Below, one piece after another: positions 41,009 to 53,848 of a DNA stretch of 64,000 nt. This DNA is from Octopus vulgaris (lineage: Eukaryota). Each line of letters opens with the position of its first letter. Positions within the stretch are counted from its first letter, which is position 1. Under the pieces are notes generated by a model. That model saw nothing but the letters and a program-made list of their open reading frames with translations, searched no databases and had not been told where the DNA came from. Position numbers and translations under genes: made by a program. The stretch covers positions 9,238,001-9,302,000 of the forward strand of contig OX597819.1 in assembly GCA_951406725.2 (NCBI GenBank). The letters run 5' to 3'.

Positions 41009-42158
41009 TAACTGACTTCCACACAGTCTCCGTCAACCAAATTTACTAAGTCATTTGTGGACCTATGCATTTAGTAGAAGGCACTAGCGCATGATGTTAC
41101 GCAATAGGATCGAACCTGTAATTATGTGATTGCAAAGTAAACTCCTTAACTACACAGCCATCATAAACGTACCACTAATTCCACAAAATATAAAATTTCT
41201 TGTATAGACATTTTGCTTTCTTGTGTAGATATGATAATGTGTGAATTGACGATCACCCTAAAACATTATCATGTTTATTTTAGTCGCATAAGCATGTATA
41301 TAAACATGATAGATATAGATGTGTGTCCGTTTGTCTGTCCTTGTTTGTCCCCTCTATGTCTAGCCCCTTGTGGGCAATAAAGAAACAGATATAAATGTGT
41401 GTGTGTGCGTGTGCGTGACTGCATGTCTCATGGAATCATGGATTGGCACCTAGAAAGTTCTCTTCCAAAGCACCGGAGGCAAGAGTCTATGTAAAACCAG
41501 CAATTACCTGTGTATGCAACCGTTGCGTTCTATGTCACCGATATTGTCCAAGAATAAAAGCAAGAGCTAGTACTTTGTTTATCGACGCCGAAAGGGTGAA
41601 AAGTTATTTGTTGACTTCTGTCGGATTTGAACTCAGAACACCGAGAGCCGGAATAAATACCGTAAGTTATTCTATATGCCGCTGTAACCATCCTGCCTTG
41701 TAACTATCTGTGCCTATATGCATTAGTAACCAGTTATAATGATGAGAAACACACGTAATTGGAGCTATAGCGGTTATCATGCCTGCAACTACAGCAATGG
41801 AAATACGCAAAAGATATAACAAACAAAGAATAATGAGATTGGAGCTCATATAAACATGAAGACTTCTCTAATATCACGGGACAACGCCAAAAGTATATCA
41901 GTGCATCTTAGGATCGGCCGAAGTAAATGTCACGAAAATTTTATTTCCTGCTTGTGCTCCACTATCTCAGTCAATCCTTCCTCACCTCTCTGACTTTCGC
42001 TCTCTGCCTTTTTTTTCTTATTTCTTTCAAAGTATGTATCCTGTTTGCTTTGCTTTTGTTTTTGTTTTACTATATTTCTATTAACCAGCTTTTCCCTCCA
42101 TCCATTCACCATCTAGATATCTACATATCAATGTATCTGCCTATCTCTCTACCTAACG

Positions 42159-42189
<31 letters not shown>

Positions 42190-42486
42190 ACTCTGTCTTT
42201 CTAGCAATCTGCCAGTCAATTTTTTTCAATCTACCCTTTTCTGTATCCACCTTCTATCTACGAGCACCGACGTAGGTGAATGGATACGAAGCTCGCTTCC
42301 CGGCCATCTGAGTCTATGTTCGATCTCACAGAGAGACAACTATCGCAGGAATTTCTTTTTCACTTTTCCTGCGGACCAATAACTTGTGATTGGAATTTGA
42401 CAGAAGAAAGTTGCACCAAAAGTACAACTGAAAGTATAACAAATGTCGGATGTCGCGCTTCAGTTCTAAATAAAGAATATAACTGC

Positions 42487-42563
<77 letters not shown>

Positions 42564-42579
42564 ATATAATATATATATC

Positions 42580-43158
42580 TCCCTTTCTCTTGCTCCTCCT
42601 CTTCCCTCCCGTCGTTGACCCGCGACGAGAGCTCTGCTACTGTCTTTCTGACCTGGCTTCCTTGAAGTGTTGACGGCATTTTCTGTTGCTCCTTCGCCGT
42701 TCTCAAAAATAGCGTTCGTAATACTTTATCCCGTTCGGCTTAACAGCCCTTCTTGTCTTGTTATTCTCCTTGTCCTGTCTTTTGCTGTTTATATTTTGTA
42801 CTGTCGTTACTGTCCTGTTTTTGTTACCATTTTTACCCCTCCGCAAAAAGATCTCAAATTTTATTTAATTTGCTTTTCGCGGGAAGGAAAGTTTCTATCG
42901 AAGATGCGTATCGCCTTCACCTTCGAAACGCAGAGTAGATGAAACCATGGCGACTGAAGAAGGGGAATTTTCCTTGTGTTATTTGTCCTGTACTCTATTT
43001 TTTCGTTGTTTAAGAAAAATATCCAGTTCCTTGGTTTTGTGTTTATGTTTTCGTTTCTCATTGTGTTCGACGTTCTTTTGGTGTCCTGTACCCATATATG
43101 CATGTATATATACATGTAGAGGTAGGTACGTACATATATGAATGTATATATGCATATG

Positions 43159-43160
<2 letters not shown>
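42580..43160 (+). mobile_element. Non-coding PLE pseudo-LTR-like element, same family as 880-1725
   Basis: Shares the tail ctgaNgaaggggaattttccttg...gtcctgtactct...ggtgtcctgtac. Confidence 0.7.
42905..42965 (+). ncRNA. Non-circularly permuted hammerhead candidate
   Basis: tgcg-TA-tcgcc ttcac cttc-GAAA-cgca ... ggcga-CTGAAGA-a-gggg. Confidence 0.75.
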
Positions 43161-43194
<34 letters not shown>

Positions 43195-43270
43195 TTAAAT
43201 TTTTACAAATTTATTACTAGTGGCCTAGCATGCATAAAAAGTCAATAGACTACTTATTATTCAATATAAA

Positions 43271-43505
43271 ATAGTGTACACGTAAAACGCAAAGAGAAAT
43301 TACCAATACCAGGCAATTTCTACACGCTAGGAGGCAGTCAAAAACGACTGAAGACCACAAAAAAGTTTAAGCAATTTCACAGTTTTTATTTTTCATTCTC
43401 TTTGAAATTGCTTAAATTTTTCTGTGGTCATCAGTCGTTTTTGACTGTCTCCTAGTGTGTAGAAATTGCCTGTTATTGGTAATTTCTCTTTGCGTTTTAA
43501 ATGTA

Positions 43506-43511
<6 letters not shown>
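43271..43511. repeat. Inverted repeat (~109-bp arms), pseudo-LTR-type
   Basis: 43271-43379 versus 43403-43511, with scattered mismatches. Confidence 0.8.
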
Positions 43512-43578
<67 letters not shown>

Positions 43579-43709
43579 CCGAAATTTGCTAGGACGATCC
43601 GGTTCCTGACTGAAGATTAGAGACTTCGAATGAATGGTCCGTTCTTTGTGTCGTCTCCTTGTGTTTTTTGCGTTCTTGTCCCATTTTGTATATTTTATAT
43701 ATAATTTTT

Positions 43710-43756
<47 letters not shown>

Positions 43757-43857
43757 CTGTCTGCATCAATATCTAACGATTTGTCTGTGTATGTATATGT
43801 GTATGCACATACATATATATGTATACATGTATGTATGCATGTATCTATGTATGTATG

Positions 43858-43891
<34 letters not shown>

Positions 43892-44244
43892 TGCATGTAT
43901 GTATGTATGTGTGTATGTATGTATGTATGTATGTATGTATGTATGTATGTATGCATGCATGCATGTATGTGTGTGTTTATGTATGTATGTATGTATGTAT
44001 GTATGTATGTATGTATGTATACAGGTATGGTGATGCAAACAGGAAAAATAGAACTCAAAATATGAGTCTGTGGATATTTTTAGTAATATTAAGACTTTAT
44101 CCGACTCTACGCTGCCGGCAAAAATATTTGTTAATTGTGCACGTACCTTCTTTAAATAGTAGACTGTTAGATAGTGAAAATCTCGTTAGTTACTATGGTG
44201 ACAACAGTCTACCTATGTAACTATGTTTCAAACACACACACACA

Positions 44245-44292
<48 letters not shown>

Positions 44293-44933
44293 TTCCCTGA
44301 ATTACTCTGCCAACAACAACACTAACTTGTCATAACGAAAGTCTTTTTTTAAGTTGTGTTGCGTTGTCTCTGCGTTGAAAAACATATGTAGAAGCACACA
44401 GACACACTGAAATAATAACTGCTATATAATGAAAGACATTTACTTTTTTGAAGCTATGTTGCGCTTTTAATCAAAATTTGTTACTATGGTGACAAGAGTA
44501 TCTATCTGCCTGTCTATCTATCCATCTTTAACCCCCCCACACACACACACTCTCTCATACGCGCACACATACATGCACACACACACTACATTTCTCTCAC
44601 AACATTTTCTCCTCCTCCTCTTCGTCTAAATACACGTGATATATATTTTGATTTCTCCCCTTCTTTACCTCCTACTAACAGATGTTGTGACGAACAGACA
44701 GACGGAACTCCACTTCTCTTTTATAACATAAGATTTAGCAGAAGCAACAGAGTGACTCGAGAGTTTATAAAACTTTGCTAAGTACCAACGCACGAAACTC
44801 TCGGCCCTTGAGTCACTCTGATGTTTCTGTTACATATTAATGTGTGTGTGTGCGCGCGCGCGTGTGTATGTGTGTGAGTGTGTGCCCACCTTATCATTTA
44901 TTTATCTTTCCCACCAATATCTCCTACCACAGT

Positions 44934-45318
44934 GGAGGCGCAATGGCCCAGTGGTTAGGGCAGCGGACTCGCGGTCATAGGATCGCGGTTTCGATTCCCA
45001 GACCGGGCATTGTGAGTGTTTATTGAGCGAAAACACCTAAAAGCTCCACGAGGCTCCGGCAGGGGATGGTGGTGATCCCTGCTGTACTCTTTCACCACAA
45101 CTTACTCTCACTCTTACTTCCTGTTTCTGTTGTACCTGTATTTCAAAGGGCCGGCCTTGTCACTCTCTGTGTCACGCTGAATATCCCCGAGAACTACGTT
45201 AAAGGTACACGTGTCTGTGGAGTGCTCAGCCACTTACACGTTAATTTCACGAGCAGGCTGTTCCGTTGATTCGGATCAACCGGAACCCTCATCGTCGTAA
45301 CCGACGGAGTGCTTCCAC
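44934..45318 (+). mobile_element. tRNA-derived SINE, family A, with TSD
   Basis: TSD atctcctaccac at 44919-44930 and 45319-45330. Confidence 0.93.
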
Positions 45319-45664
45319 ATCTCCTACCACTGTATATCTATTTTTCGACCCAGCTTCCAAGCTAGCCACCTACCTCTTACCACCACTCGTCTATTCATCT
45401 CAGAGTCTGCCCGCTAAATTACCAAAACCTTTTTTTGATATCGGATAAAATAGCATAATGCAACGAGGCTTTACAAACAATTTTTGGTTTGAAAAAGAAA
45501 ACTAATTAAATGTTGTTTATTTTCTCTAATGGAAAACAAACTTGAATTGGAATATTTCTAAAGAAAATAGAAAAGGATACAAAAAAAAATGAATCACTAC
45601 AAATCTTGCCACCTATTAAATTTTCCCTGGTAATATATGATGACGGTGCAGATTTACGTTACTC

Positions 45665-45715
<51 letters not shown>

Positions 45716-45818
45716 CAGCAGCTGTAGCAGTACCATTAGTTGTAGTAGTAAGTAGTAGTAGTAGTAGTAGTAGTAAGTAGTAGTAGTAGTAGTAGCAGCT
45801 GTAGCAGTACCAGTAGTT

Positions 45819-45876
<58 letters not shown>

Positions 45877-45902
45877 CAGCAGCTGTAGCAGTACCAGTAG
45901 TT

Positions 45903-45953
<51 letters not shown>

Positions 45954-46124
45954 AGTAGTAGTAGTAGCAGCAGCTGTAGCAGTACCAGTAGTTGTAGTAG
46001 TAGTAGTAGTAGTAGTAGTAGCAGCAGCTGTAGCAGTACCAGTAGTTGTAGTAGTAGTAGTAAGTAGTAGTAGTAGTAGTAGTAAGTAGTAGTAGTAGCA
46101 GCAGCTGTAGCAGTACCAGTAGTT

Positions 46125-46169
<45 letters not shown>
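45665..46169. repeat. (TAG)n satellite with a higher-order interruption unit
   Basis: gcagctgtagcagtacca recurs six times. Confidence 0.9.
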
Positions 46170-46170
<1 letters not shown>

Positions 46171-46195
46171 CATATGCACAAATAGACATGTATAC

Positions 46196-46435
46196 CAGTG
46201 GTTCTTAACCCCTTTTGCCTATGGTCCCCTTTGATTTCTATTTCACTCAGGGGTGGGGTACCCTCATGGCCATTCAAGGTCTAAAAACACGCATTATTAT
46301 ATTTTTATGTCTAAACATTATTAGGAATTGTATTAAAGATGTTTAAATATTTTGTGTATTGTTGAAATATAACCAGTTTTTTGCTCATAAACTTTAGCAA
46401 CAAAATCTTATCTGGACCTCTGTTGAGAACCACTG
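46196..46435. mobile_element. hAT MITE
   Basis: TIRs cagtggttcttaac / gttgagaaccactg, with a degenerate 8-bp TSD atgtatac/atgtacgc. Confidence 0.85.
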
Positions 46436-46659
46436 ATGTACGCGAACTTACACATATAAACGCGATATATACATATATACACATACTCTCATACATACAT
46501 ATACACACAGATATATATGTCATTATTCAGTTTTATTTCAAGATTTCTTGCCAATGGAGAAAGAACCGGTTTTAAACCTAAAACCAAGGTTCCTTCATTG
46601 GAATTTCAACATCAACGACACGGTGTTTTTGTTTTTATGTATATATGCATTCTTTTATT

Positions 46660-47077
46660 CTTTTACTTGTTTCAGTCATTTGACTGCGGCCATGCTGGAG
46701 CACCGCCTTTAGTCGAGCAAATCGACCCCGGGACTTATTCTTTGTAAGCCCAGTACTTATTCTATCGGTCTCTTTTGCCGAACCGCTAAGTGACGGGGAA
46801 GTAAACACACCAGCATCGGTTGTCAAGCAATGCTAGGGGGACAAACACAGACACACAAACACACACACATATACATATATATATATACATATATACGACA
46901 GGCTTCTTTCAGTTTCCGTCTATCAAATCCACTCACAAGGCATTGGTCGGCCCGGGGCTATAGCAGAAGACACTTGCCCAAGATGCCACGCAGTGGGACT
47001 GAACCCGGAACCATGTGGTTAGTTAGCAAGCTACCTACCACACAGCCACTCCTGCGCCTATAGCCACTCCTGCGCCT
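46660..47077 (-). mobile_element. tRNA-derived SINE, family B (head partly duplicated)
   Basis: Family homology. agccactcctgcgccta occurs twice. Confidence 0.9.
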
Positions 47078-47140
47078 ATGTATGTATGTATGTATGTATG
47101 TATGTATGTATGTATGTATGTATGTATGTATGTATGTATG

Positions 47141-47171
<31 letters not shown>

Positions 47172-47342
47172 TGTATGTATGTATGTATGTATGTAATGTA
47201 TGTATGTATGTATATATGTACGTATGTATGTATGTATGTATGTAATGTATGTATGTATGTATGCATGTATGCATGTATGTATGTATGTATGTATGTAATG
47301 TATGTATGTATGTATGTATGTAATGTATGTATGTATGTATGC

Positions 47343-47375
<33 letters not shown>

Positions 47376-47427
47376 TGTATGTACGTATGTATGTATGTAT
47401 GTATGTAATGTATGTATGTATGTATGC

Positions 47428-47461
<34 letters not shown>

Positions 47462-47500
47462 TGTATGTATGTATGTATGTATGTAATGTATGTATGTATG

Positions 47501-47535
<35 letters not shown>

Positions 47536-47725
47536 TGTATGTATGTATGTATGCATGTATGCATGTATGTATGTATGTATGTATGCATGCATGCATATAT
47601 GTATGTATGTATGCATGCATGCATGTATGTATGTATGTATGTATGTATGTATGCATGCATGTATGTACGTATGTATGAATGTATGTATGTATGTATGTAT
47701 GTGTGTATGTACGTACGTATGTATG

Positions 47726-47759
<34 letters not shown>

Positions 47760-47856
47760 TGTATGTATGTATGTATGTATGTATGTATGTATGTATGTAT
47801 GTATGTATGTATGTATGTATGTATGTATGTATGTATGTATGTATGTATGTATGTAT
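47078..47856. repeat. (TATG)n microsatellite
   Basis: Direct reading. Confidence 0.95.
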
Positions 47857-49086
47857 GCTAATGTAATTGACAAAGTGTCGTTACCGCCTGGCTTTTAAAA
47901 CGTTCGCTTCGCAATCATGTGGCCATAGATTCGTTCCCGCGGTGTTTCATCATTGGCAAGTGTCTTTTATCATAGCCCCGTGTCGTCCTGAGGTTTCTGT
48001 TTGGAAACTGGGAAGGCGGAGAGTGTGAGAAGACCCGTCGTATGCAAGGTGAAAAACAAGCCCAACTTCGTCCCGTGGTATAATCCCATTAGTTTGGCCC
48101 AAGAATCACATTAAAGGTACAAGCCACCGTGGAATACTCCGTCATTTACATGTTAATTTAACGAAATAGAAATCCAGTTCATCGAAAAACTGAATGCATA
48201 CCATCGAAATCAAAGCTTCGTGCACACGGTACCGGACAAAGATTCTGGATTATTTGTTATATTTACCTAACTTTACATGATTACAATCTTACGTTAACTT
48301 TCAAGTCTTTTCCAATTATCTCCTTGTGAGCTGTAACTATTTTGAATGGTTAATTTGTTAACTTTGGCTTGTATTAGATAAGGATAAACTATTTATTACT
48401 GGTACTAAATTTTCTACAGCCACCTTCACATCCCATGACCACCATTAAGACCGATCAGGTACCGGACAAGGATTCTGGATTATTTTTCAGTTTTTTTTAC
48501 TTAATTTTTGAGAGTGGTCAGGTTCATTTTTAGTATTCTCGCTTGTGAGACCAGTCGAGTTTATTCCAGATATTTTCATTTTAAAAATCATCTCTGGCTA
48601 ATCGTTGAGAGGACGTTGGTGTTGCTTTGGCAGAGGTTTGCGCTCTCTGAGTGCTCTTGTTTTGTTCGCATTGATCCTCTTCTCTCCATCTCTTTAACAT
48701 ATTCTAGCCTTACTCAAAATTCAGTGTGTTTCTGGGTATGTAGCTGTTCGTATTTGTGTTTATATGGAAGCGTGTGTGTATGTCTGTGTGTGAGCATATG
48801 TGTGTCTGTTCGTGTTTTCAAGATGGCCTCTATCAGACAAACCATTACCGCCATCTTCTGTATTCTGACTTTCATAGCTGCAAGGGGTTTAGGTACTCAT
48901 TGCATCACTTGTACTCGCTGACATTTCTCTCATAGACATCCCACTAATCCGCTTGCAATTGACACAGATTTCTTGCGCAACAACATCAAACACATATGTG
49001 CAGCCAGGATAGTAACGTATACAAATTGTACGCACAAACACATACATACGCACGTTTACATATGCATCCAGATATTCATCTACTAG

Positions 49087-49185
<99 letters not shown>

Positions 49186-49372
49186 CAATAATAACAGGCG
49201 GAGGAGAGGAGGTGGAGGAGTAGTTCTAGTATTTGCCTCAGGAATGTTATACGAAGGGAACATTGGAAACGGAGTTACTTTTAATATAGGGTAGGGAGAG
49301 GGCTACATAAAATCGGATGAGGTAGAAATGGAAAAAAGAGAAAGAGAAGGTAAAAGAAAAACACGAGATAAA

Positions 49373-49418
<46 letters not shown>

Positions 49419-49469
49419 CGTCTTCGCTGATAAATCCAGCACAGAACTTACCTTCTTCAATAATAATAA

Positions 49470-49683
49470 TAATGGATTTAAACTTTGGCACAAGGCCAGT
49501 AATTTCATGGGAGGAGTGAAGTCGATTACATCGCCACCCGTGCTCAATTGAGTACTTATCGATCTCGAAAGGATGAAAGACAAAGGCGACCTCCGTAGAA
49601 TTTGAACTCAAAGAACGTAAAAATAGAGTAAATACCGCTAAACATTTCGCCCGGCGTGCTACAACACTTCCAGCACGCTGCCT
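49470..49683 (-). mobile_element. SINE family C, diverged
   Basis: Reverse complement of the core and head. Confidence 0.75.
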
Positions 49684-49842
49684 TAATAATAATAATAATA
49701 ATAATAATAATATAACCCACAAAATTACAAACCGATAACTTGTCTCCCTCCAGTTTACAAAGCCTTTACTGCAATAATATCGCAGAGAATGGGCAATAAT
49801 ATCGCAGAGAATGGGCATACATACATACATATGCATATATAT

Positions 49843-50154
49843 GATCACCGTGATCACCGTGACCAACCAGGCTATCAGATGTTGCTACACATCGCTGGTC
49901 ACGATGCGCTTCGCATTGTTTTAGCCTTCAAGTGACGCCAACCCTCTGGCTAAGCGAGCAGGCCAACAGAAGAAAGAGTGAGAGAAAGTTGTGGAGAAAG
50001 AGTACAGTAGAGATCGCCACCACCCCCTGCCAGAACCTCGTGGAGCTTTAGGTGTTTTCGCTCAGTAAACACTCAGAACGCCCGGTCTGGGAATCGAAAC
50101 CGCGATCCTACAAGCGCAAGTCCGATGCCCTAACCACAGGACCATTGCGCCTCC
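49843..50154 (-). mobile_element. SINE with a family A head and an alternative 3' tail
   Basis: The 5' ~190 bp match family A. The 3' part (...ctgatagcctggttggtcacggtgatc) differs. Confidence 0.8.
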
Positions 50155-50159
50155 ACACC

Positions 50160-50409
50160 AAAACGGCAGACGAAATACCTATTTCTTTACTACCCACAAG
50201 AGGCTAAACACAGAGAGGACAAACAAGGACAGACAAACAGATTAAGTCGATTATATCGATCCCAGTGCGTAACTGGTACTTATTTAATCGACCTCGAAAG
50301 GATGAAAGGCAAAGTCGACCTCGGCGGAATTTGAACTCAGAACGTAGCGGCAGACGAAATACCGCTAAGCATTTCGCCCGCCGGGCAAACGTTTCTGCCT
50401 GCTCGCCGC
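50160..50409 (-). mobile_element. SINE family C
   Basis: Family homology. Confidence 0.88.
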
Positions 50410-50452
50410 TATATATATATATATACTCTTTTACTCTTTTACACTTTTACTC

Positions 50453-50820
50453 TTTTAATTGTTTCAGTCATTTGACTGCGGCCATGCTGGAGCACCGACT
50501 TTAATCGAGCAACTCGACCCTGGGACTTATTCTTTGTAAGCCCAGTACTTATTCTATCGGTCTCTTTTTGCCGAACCGTTAAGTGACGGGGACATAAACA
50601 CACCAGCATCGGTTCTCAATCAATGCTAGGGGGACAAACACAGACACACACTCACACACACATACATATATATATATACATATATCCGTCTACCAAATCC
50701 ACTCACAAGGCATTGGTCGGCCCGAGGCTATAGCAGAAGACACTTGCCCAAGATGCCACGCAGTGGGACTGAACCCGGAACCATGTGGTTGGTAAGCAAG
50801 CTACTTACCACACAGCCACT
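50453..50820 (-). mobile_element. SINE family B
   Basis: Family homology. Confidence 0.88.
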
Positions 50821-50927
50821 ATGTATGTATGTATGTATGTATGTATGTATGTATGTATGTATGTATGTATGTATGTATGCATTTATGTATATATGCATGT
50901 ATGTATGTGTGTATGTATGTACATACT

Positions 50928-51143
50928 CAAGGGGGGCTGAAAACTTCCTGGCTTTAGGTAAAAGAAAATCCTGGAAGATCAGTTAATTATGATTTTCTTC
51001 AACATATTCTCCTCTCATATTAACATACTTATTCCAGCGGTCCTCCAATTTTTCGAAGCCCTGAAAAAGAACTCAGAAAGTTGGGTCTCCAGTCAGGCCT
51101 TTCACGACACTCTTGAGGCCAGAAACTTTTCAGCGCCCCCTCA
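50928..51143. mobile_element. Mariner-type MITE
   Basis: Imperfect TIRs caaggggggctgaaaacttcctggc / gccagaaacttttcagcgccccctca. Confidence 0.65.
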
Positions 51144-51261
51144 CATGTATGTATGCCCCCCCACACACACACAGGGTGCCTAGAATTATGCACACATATT
51201 TGAAGAGCAGATGAACCTCTAATTTTCATTTGCTTTCAGATTTAACTCACTATAACTATTA

Positions 51262-51642
51262 GGAGCACTCCGTCGGTTGCGACGATGAGGGTCCCAGCTG
51301 ATACCATCAACGGAACAGCCTGCTCGTGAAATTAACGTGTAAGTGGTTGAGCACTCCACAGACACGTGTACCCTTAACGTAGTTCTCGGGGATATTCAGC
51401 GTGACACAGAGTGTGACAAGGCCGTCCATTTGAAATACAGGTACAAGAGAAACAGGAAGAAAGAGCGAGAGAAAGTTGTGGTGAAAGAGTACAGCAGGGA
51501 TCACCACCATCCCCTGCCGGAGCCTCGTGGAGCTTTTAGGTGTTTTCGCTCAATAAACACTCACAATGCCCGGTCTGGGATTCGAAACCGCGATCCTCCG
51601 ACCACGAGTCCGCTGCCCTAACCACTGGGCCATTGCGCCTCC
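51262..51642 (-). mobile_element. SINE family A with TSD
   Basis: TSD actcactataacta at 51245-51258 and 51643-51656. Confidence 0.93.
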
Positions 51643-51788
51643 ACTCACTATAACTAATGAAGTGAGCCAGACCAATCTTTGAACAAATGTGCTACTGGAA
51701 GTTTGAAAACACAGTTGAAGTGCAAAGACAGTTTACGGAGAAGTTTCAAAAAGATCAACCGATGCAACTTACCATCACTCAAATAGGT

Positions 51789-52178
51789 GGAGGCGCAATG
51801 GCCCAGTGGTTAGGGCAGCGGACACGCGGTCATAGGATCGCGGTTTCGATTCCCAGACCGGGCGTTGTGAGTGTTTATTGAGCGAAAACACCTAAAAGCT
51901 CCACGAGGCTCCGGCAGGGGATGGTGGTGATCCCTGCTGTACTCTTTCACCACAACTTTCTCTCACTCTTACTTCCTGTTTCTGTTGTACCTGTATTTCA
52001 AAGGGCCGGCCTTGTCACTCTCTGTGTCACGCTGAATATTCCCGAGAACTAAGTTAAGGGTACACGTGTCTGTGGAGTGCTCAGCCACTTACACGTTAAT
52101 TTCACGAGCAGGCTGTTCCGTTGATTCGGATCAACCGGAACCCTCATCGTCGTCGTAACCGACGGAGTGCTTCCACAC
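51789..52178 (+). mobile_element. SINE family A with TSD
   Basis: TSD accatcactcaaat at 51771-51784 and 52179-52192. Confidence 0.93.
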
Positions 52179-53207
52179 ACCATCACTCAAATTAGAGATA
52201 AGTCTGAAGCAGATGCAACTATTTAGAATGCCCTTAAGGAACGCTCAGGAAGACCGTGGGCAGCGACGAGCTACACAAAACAAGAAGAATTACTCGAAAC
52301 TTATTGCCAGAGTTTAAGAAAATCTGTGCAGGAAAGAGTCGGGAAATAGAAATTTCAGAATCAAGCATCCATCGCATTTTTAAGCATTATCGTTGGAAAA
52401 GTTACACTCCAAGAATAGTCCATGCTCTCAGTTAAGTTGATTTGGGCCGAAAAGTGGTGTTTTGTGAATGGTGTTTGCAATATGTGCGGAAGGTGTATTC
52501 TTTCCAAGAAGAATATTTGGAGTGACGAGGCTAAATTTGAATTAAGTGGCTCAAATAGTGACCACAATTGTACCTACTGGGGACTTATCTTGGAAACTAC
52601 ATATTACAGAGGGACATCGTGTTCATTTACCAGGCGTTACAATATAGTGCAGCTTATAATCAAAAAGGTTAAATGGACCATTCTTCTTTGACGGCTTTAT
52701 AAGAGGTCCCATTTATTTGAACTTGCTTCCACAATCTGTCAAGAGGATTTTGACGATGTGGAGTTTATTTTTAGCAAGATGGGGACCTTCCAGACAGCCA
52801 TAGTAATGTAAGGGCCTACTTTGAAGTTTATGGGGATATGTAAAACAAAAGTTTTACGTCACAAAACAAAGAATTGAGGGCAGCTATTAAACGATAATTT
52901 GCACAAATACTAAATAAGATTTCCTAACGGAATAGCTTCCTAGTTACAAAAATCAGTGTCTTATGACACTATATTTTCTATATATAAGCGAGGCTAAACT
53001 ACTGCCGTGCTCGGCAAACGAGCGCCCATCACCGAAGAGATCGAAAAATACCGAAAACACGTGGTCTGGTGGTCTCAAAGTTAGGATGGCAGGAGTTATC
53101 ATCCGTTAGCAATAAACATCGAGTTCGGAAAGCGCACTGAATAAACCAGATGAAGATGTCTTCTTGAGATTAAAATTGCAGTACCGACGTCTCTTAGAGA
53201 AAACACA

Positions 53208-53251
<44 letters not shown>

Positions 53252-53465
53252 CAAACACACGCACTCACACATATTTGGTAGATGCACCTATCATCGGAAC
53301 ATATACATAAGGCATGATGCCAAGATGATTATTTTAAAATTAATGGTGCCTCAATTGCGTCTACCTGACTTTTGTTCAGCCGGATTGCTATTTGCAACAT
53401 CAGTGAATGTTTTCTTCAGTTTCCCAAATTGGAGGCGACGAATTTGCACGTCTACTTGCAGCCAG

Positions 53466-53521
<56 letters not shown>

Positions 53522-53618
53522 TGACACACACACACACACACACATGATGCCCGCTTCTGAGCACTTCTTTAACTGTCGAGTAGATGATATCGCAACCATT
53601 TCTATGCCTTACAATAGC

Positions 53619-53848
53619 TATTTCTTTATTACCCACAAGGGGCTAAACACAGAGGGGACAAACAAGGACAGACACAGCTATTAAGTCGATTACATCGACC
53701 CCAGTGCGTAACTGGTACTTAATTTATCGACCCCGAAAGGATGAAAGGCAAAGTCGACCTCGGCGGAATTTGAACTCACAACGTAACGCAGACGAAATAC
53801 CGCTAAGCATTTCGCCCGGCGTGCTAACGTTTCTGCCAGCTCGCCGCC
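53619..53848 (-). mobile_element. SINE family C with TSD
   Basis: TSD ttacaatagc at 53609-53618 and 53849-53858. Confidence 0.92.

Larger units (their letters stand above)
51170..52960 (+). pseudogene. Degenerate Tc1/mariner-superfamily (rosa/maT-like) transposase interrupted by two SINEs
   Basis: YWKFENTVEVQRQF...ITQI|RDK...RSGRP, IWSDEAKFELSG..HNCTYW, and QDG. Confidence 0.7.

Noticed and set aside
43340-43440. CTGAWGA-ccaca-RAAA motif in the inverted arms
   Set aside because: No stem I or stem II pairing was found.
44934-45010. tRNA-like A/B-box sequences
   Set aside because: They are heads of multi-copy SINEs with TSDs, not tRNA genes.
45665-46169. Regularly interspaced repeat resembling a CRISPR array
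   Set aside because: The spacers are (TAG)n, there are no cas genes, and the context is eukaryotic.
48823-48921. Signal-peptide-like ORF MASIRQTITAIFCILTFIAARG after an acceptor-like ttttcaag
   Set aside because: It is short, ends at an in-frame TGA, and has no recognisable homology or partner exon. RNA-seq would be needed to support it.
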